NCBI RefSeq assembly: GCF_009834535.1
Contig: NC_045707.1
Span: forward strand, 61,258,001-61,322,000
Source of the DNA: Camelus ferus
Lineage: Eukaryota
Length of the DNA: 64,000 nt
Direction: 5' to 3'
The translations under genes and the position numbers were made by a program. Below the pieces are notes generated by a model. It ran no database searches and was not told where the DNA came from. It was given only the letters and a program-made list of their open reading frames with translations. Each line of letters starts with the position of its first letter. Position 1 is the stretch's first letter. Below are positions 25,125 to 38,433 of this stretch, in pieces.

Positions 25125-26210
25125 TTGTTAAATCATTTATTGACTCATTCAAGAAGTTTTTCAAATAATTATTGAGCATCTTCTAGTGCCAGGAAATCAT
25201 CTAGACAGTAGGGATACATAAGTGAACACATGGGGAAGAATACATTTTTTTGCAGTGGAGCTTGCATTTTAGTAAAGAGAGACAGACATTAGCCAACTGC
25301 AGCAGATGGTGAAGAAAAATAAAGTGAGGAAGGGGGTAGAATGATAAGGTGGGCACGATTTTATACAGGATGATAGAGTGACATTTAAGTATAAAACTGA
25401 AGGGAGTGAGGGATTACACCATGTGAATATTTGGTGGAAGAGAATTCCAGGAGGAGGGAAGAGCAATTACAAAAACCCTGGAGTAGGTGCATAATTGCTA
25501 TTGGAGGAACATGGAAGAGGAAGCCAGCAGAGCTAGAATAGAATAAACCAGGGGAAAATGATCAGATAGGTAGCTGGGGGGGGGGGAGGAGTTAGGTGGT
25601 GGAGCAGGTCATGTACGATCCTATAACTCACAGTCAAAAGTAGGGGTTGTAGTCTCAGTAAGATAGGGAGTCAGTGGGTGATTCTCAGTGGAATAATGCA
25701 GTTTGATAAATATTTCTAAAGGATTTCTCTAGCTGTCATACAATAAGTAGAATTTAGGAGGCAGGGATGGAAGGAGAGAGACCTGTAAGTAAGTAGGCTA
25801 CTGCATTACCCCCAGGAAAAGGTGAGGAAAGTTTGAAGTAGAACCAACAGGATTTTCTGATTGATTGGATGCGAGCTATATGAGAAAAAAATGTAGTAAA
25901 AGATGACCCTTATTTTTTTGGCCTAGATGACTAGAAGAATGGTGTTACCATTATCTGAGATGGAGAAGACTTTAGGAGGAACTGGTTCAGTAGGGGGCAG
26001 AATTAATAGTTTAGCTTTGGATATGCTAAGGTTGAGGTGTCTGTTGGACATTTAAAATGAGGTTTCTAATGGGAGGTTAGCTTTATAGAGTTCTGGAGAG
26101 AGGCTGTGTTCTGAAGACAGACATTTGGGTACCATCAGCATTTAGATGGTGTCTAAGAAGTCAAGCAGGGACTAGATTCGGACAGAGAAGAGAAGAAGTC
26201 CTAGGGTTAA
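25125..26210 (-). mobile_element. L2 LINE
   Basis: cattca..ttattgagcatc tail; antisense L2 body. Confidence 0.8.
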
Positions 26211-27139
26211 GCCAGTGACAAGGAGGCCTTGTTCCTCTGGAACGGTGTGTCCTGTTTCACTGAATCTTTGGCAGAGCTGCAAGCTTTTGGTTCTCTGGAG
26301 GAGTGGGGCTCACTGCTTTCTCAGTCTGCTGATAGAAGGTACTTTCTCCTAGCAGAGTGGCAGCAAAATGTGGTGGGAAAGAGCCAGTGAAGGGGAATTA
26401 CGCTGCGCTGTTGTAAGATTTGTGTAAAGATCAGTTTCAGGGGCTGGGGGCCCCTGAGGATGGCTGAAATGGAAACGAATACCCATCAGCCTCTTAGGGA
26501 GAAAGGGACCATCTTCTCAGCTGAACCTCTACATCTGTGTTTTACTCTGGCAGTATTTCAGAGGACTAAAAATTATAGGCAATAAAAAGGTTAAAGAACA
26601 GTTATAAAACTTAGAATAAAAAATAAGATCGGACAGTTCAATAAAGATTAAATGATCATGGAAACTAGGTTAAATAAATGACCCCTTCTCTGCAACCCTC
26701 CTCCCACAAAAAAAGAACATAAAAGAAAAGAAAAGGGAAGGCAGCAAGCAAACCGTGAGCTAAGAACAATTAAGATAAAATAAAATTTTAAACTAAAGAT
26801 CAGAGAGAATAAAAGGATAATCCAAACACATTAAAGTGATTAAAAAAAAAAAAAGAAAGAAAAGAAAGTACCCAGTGATTTCAAAGCCCAAGAGGTTAGC
26901 TAATGGACACTAGCTGAATTCAATCAGCAGTAGCACAAGTTGCAAAGATCAGCCTGAGGGTCCTTGAGCTATGACTGAAAAGCCTGCAACACGTCTGTCC
27001 TCCCATCACAGCCTGGGCTCCGCAGACAGCTGCCTGCTGGGCAGAATAGGGGCCCTGACTTCTCTCCCCATACCCCTTCTCTCTGATCCCTGGCAGCTTT
27101 TCTCTTGGGTTCGGTAGCTCACAGTCTTCCTGTTCTTCC

Positions 27140-27815
27140 ACGGAATGTGTGTCTGGTAGCCATCTCTCTCCATTGTTCCTCTACCCTCTGGCTGTAACTG
27201 CTGGAGCAGAGGTGAGCACTTGACCCAGGTTGGATCATTCAGAGTCTCTTTCCTAGAAATCTGGATTCGTGATTGAGACCCACTCAGCTAGGGCTGGCTT
27301 CTTTAATAATCATAATAATTATAATGATGATGGTATAGGTAACAGTAATAATAAATAATTTTTACTGAAGATTTATATATTAGACATTCATCTTTAAATA
27401 TGTTTTCTCAGTTAAAGTTCTTATAAGTAAGTGCTATTACTGAAGAAACAGATCAGGGAGGTAAAGTGACTTGTCCGAAGTCACACAGCCTACATGGCCA
27501 AATTAGGATTTAGACTCACCTCTGTGACTCTGGAGCCCATGATCATAGATTTCATGCAGTATGAAGCTTGGGAACTGTGGGGTGGTGGTCTTGTGCCCAC
27601 GTGAGCAGAGAGCAAAGAATGAACTGACACTAAAGTGCATACAGGAGCCAACATGAGAGAGGGAGCTGCCTGAGCTACTCTTTTGAATCTAGGCTCTATT
27701 CTATGACCATGTGTCACAAGTCACCCTTGATTCCCAATGATAAATGTACCTTATTTTGGATTAAGCTAATTCAATTGAATTTCTGGAACTTGCAACCAAG
27801 AATTCTAACTAATAC
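27140..27815 (+). mobile_element. MLT1J/K-like LTR interrupted by an antisense MIR (~27310-27545)
   Basis: acttgcaaccaagaattctaactaatac end; gtaaagtgacttgtccgaagtcacacagc MIR core. Confidence 0.55.
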
Positions 27816-28156
27816 CAGTACCGTTCCTTGATATGGCCAAGGAAGGACCTCAAAGCACTTACATACTTCCCTTGTTTGCCACGTTTCTCCAGCTTGCTGA
27901 GAAAAAGTGGCTTCTCCTGTTTGGCATTCAGTCCTCTTTATCTGTCACCCCTTCCCAAACTGTGGGCCCTTTGAGTACAAAGAAAATTAATAGGCCTTTT
28001 TTGTGCTCCTAAAGCACTTTAGGTGTTTTGCAAATGCTGGGTCTTAATAAAATGCTTGTTTAGATAAATTGATATGATAATGTTTATATACTTCAATATA
28101 CAAATGTGGTCTTTTACTAAAGTATGGACTTGGGAATGATTAAAAGTCTATCTTCC

Positions 28157-28375
28157 CAGAATCAAAAGGTCATATATTCCATGATTCCATTTATATGAAA
28201 TATCAAGAACAGGTAAAACCATAGAGACAGAAAACAGACTGGTAGTTCCCAGGGACTTGGGGGAGGAGGGGATGGTGAATGTACTAAATCCCCTGAAATG
28301 TTCACTTTGTAATGGTTAATTTTATGTTATGTGAATTTCAAACCTATTGTTTAAAAAATTAACAATAAAAAATTC
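28157..28375 (+). mobile_element. L1MB 3' end, internally deleted
   Basis: atgattccatttatatgaaatatc..atagagacagaaa..aatggttaattttatgttatgtgaattt. Confidence 0.75.
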
Positions 28376-28542
28376 TAAGTTCTGGAAGGAAAAAAAAAAA
28401 GGCTACCTTCCATTCAGACAGTAACTATTTGAGCCTGAAGTCATTGTGTTGAGAACTCCAGGTCAGTTCTGGGCAGGGGACAGGGGAGTGAGGGGAGTTC
28501 CTGACCATTGTCTTGTTCCAATGCTTTCTTCATCTGAAATAG

Positions 28543-28950
28543 AGGAGTCAGAACTCTCATCAGGAGAGCATGGCACAGCAAATCTGACTTTGTTCCATTC
28601 CCATAAGAAAATCTATGTGAATTATAATCAGAGACTTGAAGAGAACGGGGCTGTTCTCTGGTCTTATAAATGTCTCACACATGATGTCTTGAAAAGTTCA
28701 GTGGGGTCTCCACTTATTGACGAGTCAAGAAGTACATCTCTTTGTTCATTAAGCGGGAAAGGAAAAGTGCATGTTTTTGCCACCACTGAAAATAATCTGT
28801 GGTATAACACTGGAGGGAGGTAAACCTCAAGAGAGGATAAGATAGTGTCCTCAGTGCTTGAAAACGGTAGTCTTCTTTCTGTTGGCCCTTCTAGGGTAAA
28901 GTTAGTCTGAAAGCTCTGCCTAGAACTTGAACAACAGTGAAGAAGGGCAC
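28543..28950 (+). pseudogene. Fossil EF-hand exon, first ~92 codons still open
   Basis: HKKIYVNYNQRLEE...LTHDVLKSSVGSPLIDE...LSGKGKVHV (ORF 28446-28823), then QERIR*CPQCLKT / GKVSLKAL. Confidence 0.5.
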
Positions 28951-29671
28951 CTTCATCATCAAAGGCTAAGAAGCCAATGTAGGCGACTACTTAATGTCAT
29001 CTTATGTATCAGATAAGGTGTTACTGGAAAACTCTACTTGTGGGTGCCTGTCTTAGAGTTCAACTTTTCACCCATTAAATTACAAAAGGAATCATTTATT
29101 ACTTTTTGATCCTGGCAGGAAAAAAAGAATCCTCCCTGATTTTTTGGATCAACGTTCTCCTAAAGTTATTCCTTTGTTAGTGTTCTTGGAAATTCCTTAT
29201 TTACAAAATTCAGGTGGCTTCTAATTCTTGGCTGAGTTCATATTCATGAAAATAATCAAGATGAATCACCGACTTTCAGAACTAGAAAGGTTGTAACTTC
29301 TTCCTCTTTCAGGAAGGATCCAGAAAATGAGATTCAAAGAGGGTTGACAGGCTTTTGCTGCGGCATAAGAGAAATGGTGGCCAGAAACATCTACTACCTA
29401 ATGTTACAGTGTCACCATTAGACCATGGAGCCCAGCGCTTTGAGTTTCTTGGGATTAGCTTTTTTTTTCTTCTCCATATTTTAATTAGGAGGGAATAAAG
29501 GTATTTGAGGAGTCCTGATATCCTCTTTACTTCTTTAAAAAAAAAAAAAAAAACGCTATCTTTTATTACCACAGTTCAAAACTCTTATTTTGTAAGGTCA
29601 CAGACCCATGGAACTTTCAAAACTTTTCAGAGTTTTCCCTGCCCAACCCTTCCTCTGACACATCGCTTCTT

Positions 29672-29713
29672 CTTCTTCCTTTTTTTTTTTTTTTTTTTTA
29701 ATTTTTAACACTT

Positions 29714-29747
<34 letters not shown>

Positions 29748-29862
29748 GTGAGGGGTGCAATTAAGTTTATTCATTTATTTTTTAATGGCAGTACTGGGGA
29801 TTGAACCCAGGACCCTGTTCCTGCTAAGCACGCACTCTACCACTGAGCTGTACCCTCCTAGC
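29672..29862 (-). mobile_element. Camelid Vic-1-like tRNA-derived SINE
   Basis: Reverse complement reads gagggtacagctcagtggtagagtgcgtgcttagc..gggttcaatccccag with A-tail; TSD cacatcgcttctt/cacatcacctctt. Confidence 0.85.
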
Positions 29863-30374
29863 CACATCACCTCTTGAATGCCATTTCTTGTAAGAGGTTG
29901 TCTGGCCTCTGCCTCAACATTTGAAGTGACAGCAAACACCGCTTGGTAAAGCAGCACATTTCATCTGTGTGCGCTTGTACTTACAAGCTCTTCTCTCACG
30001 TGTACAGAGTTGGGATCCCAGCATATATGCACATGTTTCATGGTCTCCTTTTTGCAACTACATGCTGCAGACATTTTTGCATGTCGATACAAGTCTCCAT
30101 TGTGGCAATGATAAATGGCTTCAGATACTGTATAATTTCCTTAATCAAAAGATACATAACCATGCCTTAATTTTTTTTTACTTTTATAAGTAGAATTCAG
30201 TCCTATTTTGGTTCAGGCAGTTTGGTTATTAGACCATAAAGAGTTCAAGACCTAGCTTTCACTCCTTGGCTCTAGTGGTATCTTCCAGGACAGCACTGAA
30301 GAAATCTAAGGCCTCATATGACAGTGCTTTTCAGTGTTTTTTTAAAAAAAACTATCATGTTCCTCATAAAACTT

Positions 30375-30515
30375 GTCTTTTCCAAAATAAACATCCTCGG
30401 GATTTCAGTGGTTCCTCACAAGTTGTGGCTTCCAGACCCTTCACAAGATTGTTTGTTCTCCTCTGGATAAGCTCCAACTTGTCAACATCCTTTGTAAAGC
30501 ATGGTGCCAGAATTG
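30375..30515 (-). mobile_element. CR1/L3 LINE ORF2 C-terminal remnant
   Basis: APCFTKDVDKLELIQRRTNNLVKGLEATTCEEPLK resembles CR1 KDIDKLERVQRRATKMVKGLE..YEERLK. Confidence 0.8.
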
Positions 30516-30760
30516 CTACAATAACAATAACCATAATAATAACAGCCACCATTTATTAAGTGTGTGTCCCGTGTTCCAGGAACCCGGCCGAAGGCTTAGC
30601 TCATTTAATCCTCACAAAACCCTCTAATGTATGTGTTATCATCCGTATTTTTTTCTCCATGAGGAAGCCAGTTTCAATATGTTAACTAACGTGTCCAAGG
30701 TCACACAGACAGGAAGAGCACAGCGAGGATTAAAATGTGCTCTGTGTTCTGAACCCCTTT
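30516..30760 (-). mobile_element. MIR
   Basis: ctcatttaatcctcacaa; tccaaggtcacacag. Confidence 0.75.
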
Positions 30761-30914
30761 ATAGTGCTCCAGAATGTTCCAGCCTCATAAAATTTAGGAC
30801 CTGGATATTAAATTTGGTGAGAATATCTTAAGACCCCATTATCTTGTTTGATGATTTCATATTCATGGAAAGTATGACAGAGCTCAATACTTCCGGGTCA
30901 GGCTTAAAAAACAC

Positions 30915-31660
30915 CAGTTCGTTCATCTGTCAAATTATTATTGAGCGCCTACTTCCTGCCAGGCCCTATTTTAGAGGGTGACAATACAGAGATAAGCAAG
31001 GTAGACAAAGGTCCTTCTTTCATGAGGCTGACACTCTGTTAGGGGAGACAGATGTTCTACAAGTAAACAAATAAATGTGGTCATCTCAGATGGTGATAAG
31101 TGGAATAAAGAAAATAAGACAAAGTAATGTGTCAGAGAGTGACTGCCCTGGGCTTGGGGGGGAAAGACAGTTTGAGATCTGGTTATCAGAGAAGGCCTCT
31201 TGGTGATGTCTGGCCTTAGACCTTCATGGGAAGGAACCAGCCATGTGATGTGAAGATCTGGGGGAATAGCATGCAAGCCTTAAGAAAGGGCAAGGGCAAA
31301 GGTCCTGGGGTCAGATAAACTTCGTGAGTTCCAGAAACACTGAAAGGTCCTCTGTGGCTCCAAGCAGAGTGAGCGATGGAAGAGGGAAGGGGAGACTTCG
31401 GCAACACAGGCAGGGATAGATCACCCGAGGTCCTGTAGGCCAGGCAAAGGATTAGGGACTTTTTCTCAATGTAATAGGAAACCGTGCTGAGTTTTATGCA
31501 AATAGACTGATCTAATTAATCTTTTTAAAAGATGACATCACTCCTGTGTAGAGAATGGATTTTAAGGGGCAAAAATGAAAGCAGGGAGCTGAGTCAGGGG
31601 GCAGGCTATGATAGCTGTCCTGGTAAGAAACCCTGGTGGTTCAGATCAGGCGGTGGCTGA
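30915..31660 (-). mobile_element. L2 LINE
   Basis: ttattgagcgcctact..ccaggc; ggaaccagccatgtg. Confidence 0.8.
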
Positions 31661-31904
31661 TCCAACTCTGACTCACATCATTGGGAGAGAAATGGATAAG
31701 TTCAGGAAAAATGGAGGAGACAGGTGGACAAAAATTCCTGGTAAACTGAATGTAGTAAACTATAGAGAAAAATTGGTTTAGCTCTTAGATTTGGGGGCCC
31801 GTGGGAGAACTGTCCATATCTGTGCCAGATGGAGTATATACAGGTATCCAGAGGTGTGTATATGGACCTCTGTGGACTTCATAGAGGCCATTTACATATA
31901 CTAG

Positions 31905-32080
31905 CTAGTTATTTCTCACCAGAGTCCTATGATGTAGCTAGTATTTCCCCAAGCTATTTCTGACAAAGAAACTGAGACTTAGAGAGGCTGAATAACTTGC
32001 CCCAGGTCATGTAGGGAGTAGACTGGGAAGCCAGGATTTGCACCCAGCTGTGCCAGGCAACAAAAGCTGTGCACTTTCTC
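31905..32080 (-). mobile_element. MIR
   Basis: gaaactgagacttagagaggctgaataacttgcccc. Confidence 0.75.
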
Positions 32081-32899
32081 CTACATGACAGCACAACCCC
32101 TGGAGCTCCGAACAAGACTGCAGCTTGACTGTAAGGTGAGGGGTAAAGAATCCCACAACAGAACATTCACGGAGTCACACGTGAGGGCGTGTTCTGGTCT
32201 TAAGGGGCTCCGTGTTGCCAGGATTCCCTCTGGTTCCTTGAAGGGCTAGTTTCCATTTTGGGAATTTTACATCTAAGAGATGTGGGCGCACTGGGTGGAG
32301 TCAGAAGTAAATGAAATGATTAAGCAGATGGAGAAAATGACTTCTGAGAAATGATGAAAAGATTGCAGCTCTGTTCAGTGATGACTAAAGAGGACATCAG
32401 CCTATAAATATTTCATTGGTGGAAACAGCAGGAAGGGGGGGATTTTTTCCCCCCAGAAAGTAGAGAGGCATTGCATGAAGGGACAGGCAAAGAACAGACT
32501 TCCTGACTCTGCTCCTAACTTTATGACGTTGGTGGCTTATCCTGACTTCGTGTCTGAATACTCTCATCTCAAAGGAATGGGCTAGGATTGAGGTAGTCTC
32601 TCTCCAGAAAGGCATCAAAATCCACAGAAAACATTTCTTCTTCCTTTTATTTATTCGTTGATAAATATTTATTAGTCCTCTACTTTGCAAGAAGAGGATT
32701 TGAGGCCAAAATATAGGTGTCTGTTTTGAGTATTTTTATTTTACAACAAAACCATTTAAAAAAAAATGAGACCACTATTATCAGGACAGTTCCTCCATAG
32801 TAATCGTCTGTCTGTGATCAGAATTACTCACACACTGAAACGTATTAACTATCGTCATGTGCCAGAGTCTTAAAGGAGTCTGGAGAGAAAGGGTGATGC

Positions 32900-33250
32900 T
32901 GGTGCCGTGGTCCCTATTGTCTGAATTGTGCTACACTCTAAAGCATGGGGAGGCTTAAGTTTCCAACACAGGCTAGTGATTTCCTTGCATTTGCCACAAT
33001 GTCCGTTTGTCTGCACATTTGTTAGTGAAATGAGAGAACACGGCTGCTTGATAAGAGGGACAACTGTCCAATGCATTGTGTGCACTATCTCCCCATATGC
33101 AATATGAAAATTACATCTATCAGTCGGGGGAGAGCCTCAGTTTATCACCTACTTCCAGGCTGCTTGCAAAAGCTAAAGCTGCTGGGGGCGGGGGTGGAAA
33201 GCTTCTTGAAAAACACACCTGTCCTTTTCAGACATTTTTGAAGTATCATA
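32900..33250. promoter_or_regulatory. Candidate GATA/ETS enhancer
   Basis: Four WGATAR sites and one ACTTCC within 110 bp. Confidence 0.35.
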
Positions 33251-33874
33251 TTCTTTTTCTGATGTTTTTGGCCCTCCGCCCTTGCTTCTAAAGCATGACT
33301 GGGAGGCCATCCTGCGGCCCAAAGGTTAAAGAGAAGTCCAAGTGATGTGCCATCTTAATGGACCTTTGAATGAGCTCCCAGGTGACTCTTTATTTCAGTG
33401 TTGCTTATACAAGTTACACCTGCAAAACTGGGACTGAGTCCAATAAGGAAGGACATAACATTTTCCTGAATGTGCAAAAAATGAGTGGGGTGCTGTCTGC
33501 ATTCCTGCAGGCTCCGGGCAGCCTCGTGGGTAAATGAGCGTTTGTTTCCTGTGTGCCATCTTTGCGCTGAAAGTGAGTCACCCACTCATGGAAAGAATGG
33601 TGCTATCTTCTTTTGTCTAGCTCTGTATGCTTTTGTGGTTACTGAATTTGTCTTAATGGGAATCTTGATTGTTTCTCTTTTTTGAGGCAAGTTATTACAA
33701 TTTATTTTTAATCTGGAAAAGGGTTCGTTTAAGTATATTGTCCTTGATTCATATCTTGATTCACAGCCAGTATATAAAATTGTAGGAATTTTCTATGGTG
33801 GAAAAATCTTTTTGGTTCATGCAATCATCTAGAGGCATAGGTTCGTTCCCAAGTGTTTCAACTAGTTTGCTTTG

Positions 33875-34120
33875 AAAATAATAGTAAGTGTAATGTGTTC
33901 ACCGCCTACTCTGTACCAGCACCCTGCTATGTTTTTTATAGATTATTTCTAATCCATGCAACATGCCCAAAGGCAGATATCTATAGCCCTTTTTTATAGC
34001 AAATGAGAACAAGGGTCAGAAGGATGAAGTAATTAGCCAAAAGTCACAGAGCTGGTCACTGAATGAAATTTGATTGTACCCATTTCTGTCCAACTTCAGG
34101 GTCTAGACTACCTCCATTAT
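33875..34120 (-). mobile_element. MIR
   Basis: aagtaattagccaaaagtcacagagctgg. Confidence 0.7.
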
Positions 34121-34779
34121 GACACTCTGTCTCTTTGAAGAGGTCATGTGATGACAAGTTTGCCTCAAATTCTTATTAGAAAAAGACAGGTCATAAAGTC
34201 AAAGGATTAACAGTAATAGCTCCCCATTTTTGTATTTTGTAGGTTAGAAAATACTTCCAGTCTCTCCCAGGTGCAAAGAGGCTCACCTGGGTGCTGGGAT
34301 AGCCTCCATGATTCAGGGGCTCTGGTTCTAGTCTTGGTTTATCCAGCTCTGCCTGGCCTTGGCTTTGAGACTCCCAGGCCCCAGATATCTGGAGTATTCT
34401 GTGGTGTCCCCAGGGATGAATTCTTGCCCCATTCCTGTGTTCCTGGGGAGGGGGAGGAAGAGCATATGGACCAGATTCTTAGGCAGGCTTGCTCAGGAAT
34501 TTTCAGACTCCTGAAAGAAGGGGAGAAGATACCAGAGCAGCAGACTTAATGGGGAAAGAAGAGGAAGTTCTCAAAAGGAAAACATCTGAGTGTCAGCAGA
34601 GGCTGTAGTACCTAAAATTACTGCTAGACTGTCCGCAATTGTAAATGATTATTTCAGAAAAACCTGCTGAATGGCTGGCACGTTAGGGCCAGGAACTGAG
34701 AGTCACACAGTTTCCAGTACTTCGGGCAGTTCAGACACTTACCCCTTATTTCCTCTTGAAAACTGATGCGAGCATGCTC

Positions 34780-35320
34780 TGAAGAGTCTACCATTTAAGT
34801 TCCAGATTTTTGCTGCGTATTCGTTTCGCGTTTCCTTTTGCTTCATTAGCTCTATTTCTGTGTACACACGACAGGCCCTGTGGAGGCTGCAGGGCCAACG
34901 CCAGTTTGTGGGGCTGTGGACGAGGAACACCTCCAGTCCAAGGGTATCACACAGCTCTGATTTCGATTGGTTTATTACGCACATTGATTTGGACTCTAGA
35001 CATTTTTCTTAACTAATTATAGACTATCTAACCCCCCCGCCCCCATCACTCAAAATCACACTTGATAAAGCAAATTTTCTAAAGAAGGTTTTTCGTTGCA
35101 TGGATTACTTAGCAATTTGGCTGCTCGCTTCTGTCTCCCCTGTGTTTCTTCAGCTGCACATTGGAGAGGACTCCCCATTACCTGTTTTCTATTTTCACAA
35201 CTTGGCATTCACTTCCCCCAGCTACTGTATCTGACTGAGGGGCAGACGCCGGGCTGGCACCGCAAGCTAATGCCACTGGCAGAGCCTCTGCTCACCAGGA
35301 AACGAATGAATTCCTTTCCC
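34780..35320. promoter_or_regulatory. Candidate enhancer with retained CpGs
   Basis: CpG cluster, TTTATTAC and TGATT motifs, no repeat similarity noticed. Confidence 0.35.
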
Positions 35321-35574
35321 TAACTGTCAGACAGGGGAAAGGGCAGGTCATGCTTAGCAGGTCCCAACTCGTTCCTTCCTTACAGATGACAAGGCTCATT
35401 CTCTTCCTCATCTGCCATATCCTCACTTCCTTCACAGGCACTTCTGCAGAAAGACACTTGTATCATTTTCATTGGCTGCTCCAGCCCTCTCTGACTTCTT
35501 ATTACTCCGGTTTCTCTGGTGTGTTTTGCCAGGTCCCCCTCTCAGTGAATACCTGCTCTATCACCTTAAAGGTC

Positions 35575-36070
35575 ATCTCAGTTATGATGCATTCAGTTAC
35601 CGGTATCAGAAAACACAATTCAAACTGGCTTAAGGCATAAAGAAGAGTTATTGGCTCACATAACCATAAGTCCAGCAGTATGTAGGTATCAGGATTGGTC
35701 TGATCCAGGCACACAACTGGATCACCAAGGGTCTGGTTTCTTTCCTTTTCTCAAACATTCAATAGTATCAGCTTTATGCCAAGGCTGCTGGGCTTTTGTG
35801 GTCCCAGGATGGGTACCAGCAACTCCCAGTTCTACATACGTCCACTTCCCAAAGAATAAATTACGATTTACTCTAAACATCCAGCAAACCCTCCTCACTG
35901 TCTTGCTGCCCAAATATGTATCTGGGGCCAGGTGGTAGGAATAATCTGATTTTCTTAAGCCTTAAGAATATGCTCCATCATTCAAGTCAGAATTGGAGTC
36001 AGCATCCCCAAAGCTGCCCCCTATAACAAAAACATGGGTAAGAGGGGCTGGTTGTTGGAGAGGAAACCAT
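35575..36070 (-). mobile_element. MLT1J-like LTR
   Basis: caaactggcttaag..ttattggctcacataac. Confidence 0.65.
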
Positions 36071-36149
36071 TCCATTGGTCCAGTGCAATCGCCCTGCCCT
36101 GCAAGTTCAAAACTCTCCATCTCCAGGCTTAATTTCCGCCCTGTCTGGA

Positions 36150-36670
36150 CATATAAGTTTTCTCTACATCCTCACCAGCAACTGTTATTTTTGGTGTGAG
36201 GCCGTTATCTATCTCATTGTGGCTTTGATGTTCATTTTCCTAATGAGTAGCAATGTGGAGCATCTTCATGTGCTTATTGAACATCTGTATATCTTGTTTG
36301 GAGGAAAGCCTATCAAATTATTCGCCCATTCTTTAATCAAGTTGTTTTCCCATTATTGAGTTTTAGGAATTCTTTATATATTCTGGTTATGAATTTTTAA
36401 TGACATACGATTTTCAGATATTTTTTCCTGTCTTACAGGTCGCCTTTCATCTGTTGATTGCTTCCTTTGATATGCAGAAGTTTTTAGGTTTGATGTAGTC
36501 CCATTTGTCTATTTTTGCTTTTGGTGTCATTATCCAAGAAATTGTTACCAGATCTAACGTCATTAAGCTTTCCTCCTATGTTTTATTCTACAAGTTTTAT
36601 AGTTTTAGCTCTTACATTTAGGACTGATACATTTTGAGTTAACTTTTGTACATGGTGTAAGGTAAAGCCA
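36150..36670 (-). mobile_element. L1M ORF2 fragment
   Basis: gagcatcttcatgtgcttattg; gtttgatgtagtcccatttgtctattttt. Confidence 0.85.
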
Positions 36671-38433
36671 GGGAAGTGGAATGATTAGGTCATAGTTAAA
36701 GGTTAATTGGAAGGATTCAGATGGGGACACTGAGTACACTATTATGATGGACAGTAAATATGATAAAGCTTCTGTGATGGCAGAGCTGGTGGAGGGATTG
36801 GCCTTAGAAAGCGAGTGGGACAGCTTCTCTGTTGTAAAGTAGTGAAGGAGGCAGTCATGGGAGTAGAGAAGCAGGTGCTTCACAACACAGCCCAGCACAC
36901 AGCTTAAACTCTGCAATAAAACATCTCTGCTCTAGAGTTTACCTGTGACTGCTGCCGTGAGGAATTTCTTCCTGGCCAACTTTCTTCCCAGTTCCTACCT
37001 ATTGTGGGTTTCTCATAAACACCACAGTCCTTTCTTCTCTTTCTCTTTTCCTCCTTTCTTCTCTCCCCCTCCCTCGTTCTTTCTTCATATCTTTCCCCTT
37101 CTTACTCCCCCATCTTCCCAGTTCTCACACCACTAATCCCTTTTCTTCCAGGCTTCCCAGAGAAATTCAAACTCCCTCATAATGTGTAGTTTGTAGAAAA
37201 ATAATAGCACCTTCTGCACCAGTCTCTGTCATCTAGACAATACCCAGCAAGCCCAACCTTTTTTCACCAAAAGATGTATTAAATTCCAGGATTATTTCTT
37301 ATCTAAACAGGGATGAACCATGCCCATTCCCAAGAAGGCAGGAACTGCTTCAATTCTGTTTATTTTAATACAGTTTGTCTTTCCCAGTATACCCACCTTA
37401 TAGAGTTGCTGTAGTGATAAGACAAACATCCAAAATGTATGACCTATCACTTCTGGTTTTTAATGACATAAATAATAGAATAATTTTGCCACATGATCCC
37501 CTTATAAATTACCCTAAAGCAACAAGAAAAATGATTACAAGAAGCAGAAACTCCCTTCTTAATAAAAGCAAGAGACAGCTATAATCCTGAACCACATAAA
37601 CCACATAAAGCAGAGAGACGAGTGATGATACAGCATCTGATTCACTTTCAACATCTGCATTCACATAAGCGATGACCTCACAGTTCTTTTCCTAAGCTCT
37701 GGGTCAATATTTTATTCATCAGCAAAACTGAGGGGCCCAGGCAAACAGTTTTTCTAAAACAAAGGTGGGTCTGTCCAGATGTAAAACCAAACTTTCATCT
37801 CTTAAAAGCTGGAAAATCTCTTGCTTATCTAGGGTTAATCTCAAAAAGCAAGGACCCTATTTTCTCTAAATACTCTAGAAAAAACCCACTGTAGACAGAG
37901 TAATCCACCGTCATGCCCATTCTTTGGCTTATCTCTTGCTATGGGAATAGAGGGCTTCCTGTCATCAAAGGTGGCATCCACAGACCTTCAAATGCTACAT
38001 GTTTACCTTTTGGTTTAAGTAAAACAGAAGTCAAAGAAAGCATAGCTTTGAAAAACCCCAAATTCTGCCTTGTTTTTCCTCATTGGTGCCCTTAGGCACT
38101 GAGTTGAGCCCAGGTGTGTATTTTTGCGGGGCTTCTCTCCTCCTGTACCACAGTGGCCAGGTGCCAAGCTGGCTTAGTCTGTAGGACATTTGGGAAGTGT
38201 CTTTACTAAAGGAATTTAATTGGGCTTCCCCAGGGTGGTACAAGTCAGGGCCAGATGTACTCACTCCTACATCACGAATATCGATACAGCAAAATAAATG
38301 ACAAGTGGTTCCAGCCCTCACCTTCTAACCCCGTACTTTCCATAAAAAAGATAAAATAAACATTTGGCCAGATCCTCAGAACAGGGAGAGCCATAGAGTC
38401 AGCTCTTCTTTTGCTCTGTTCCTGTATTAATAG

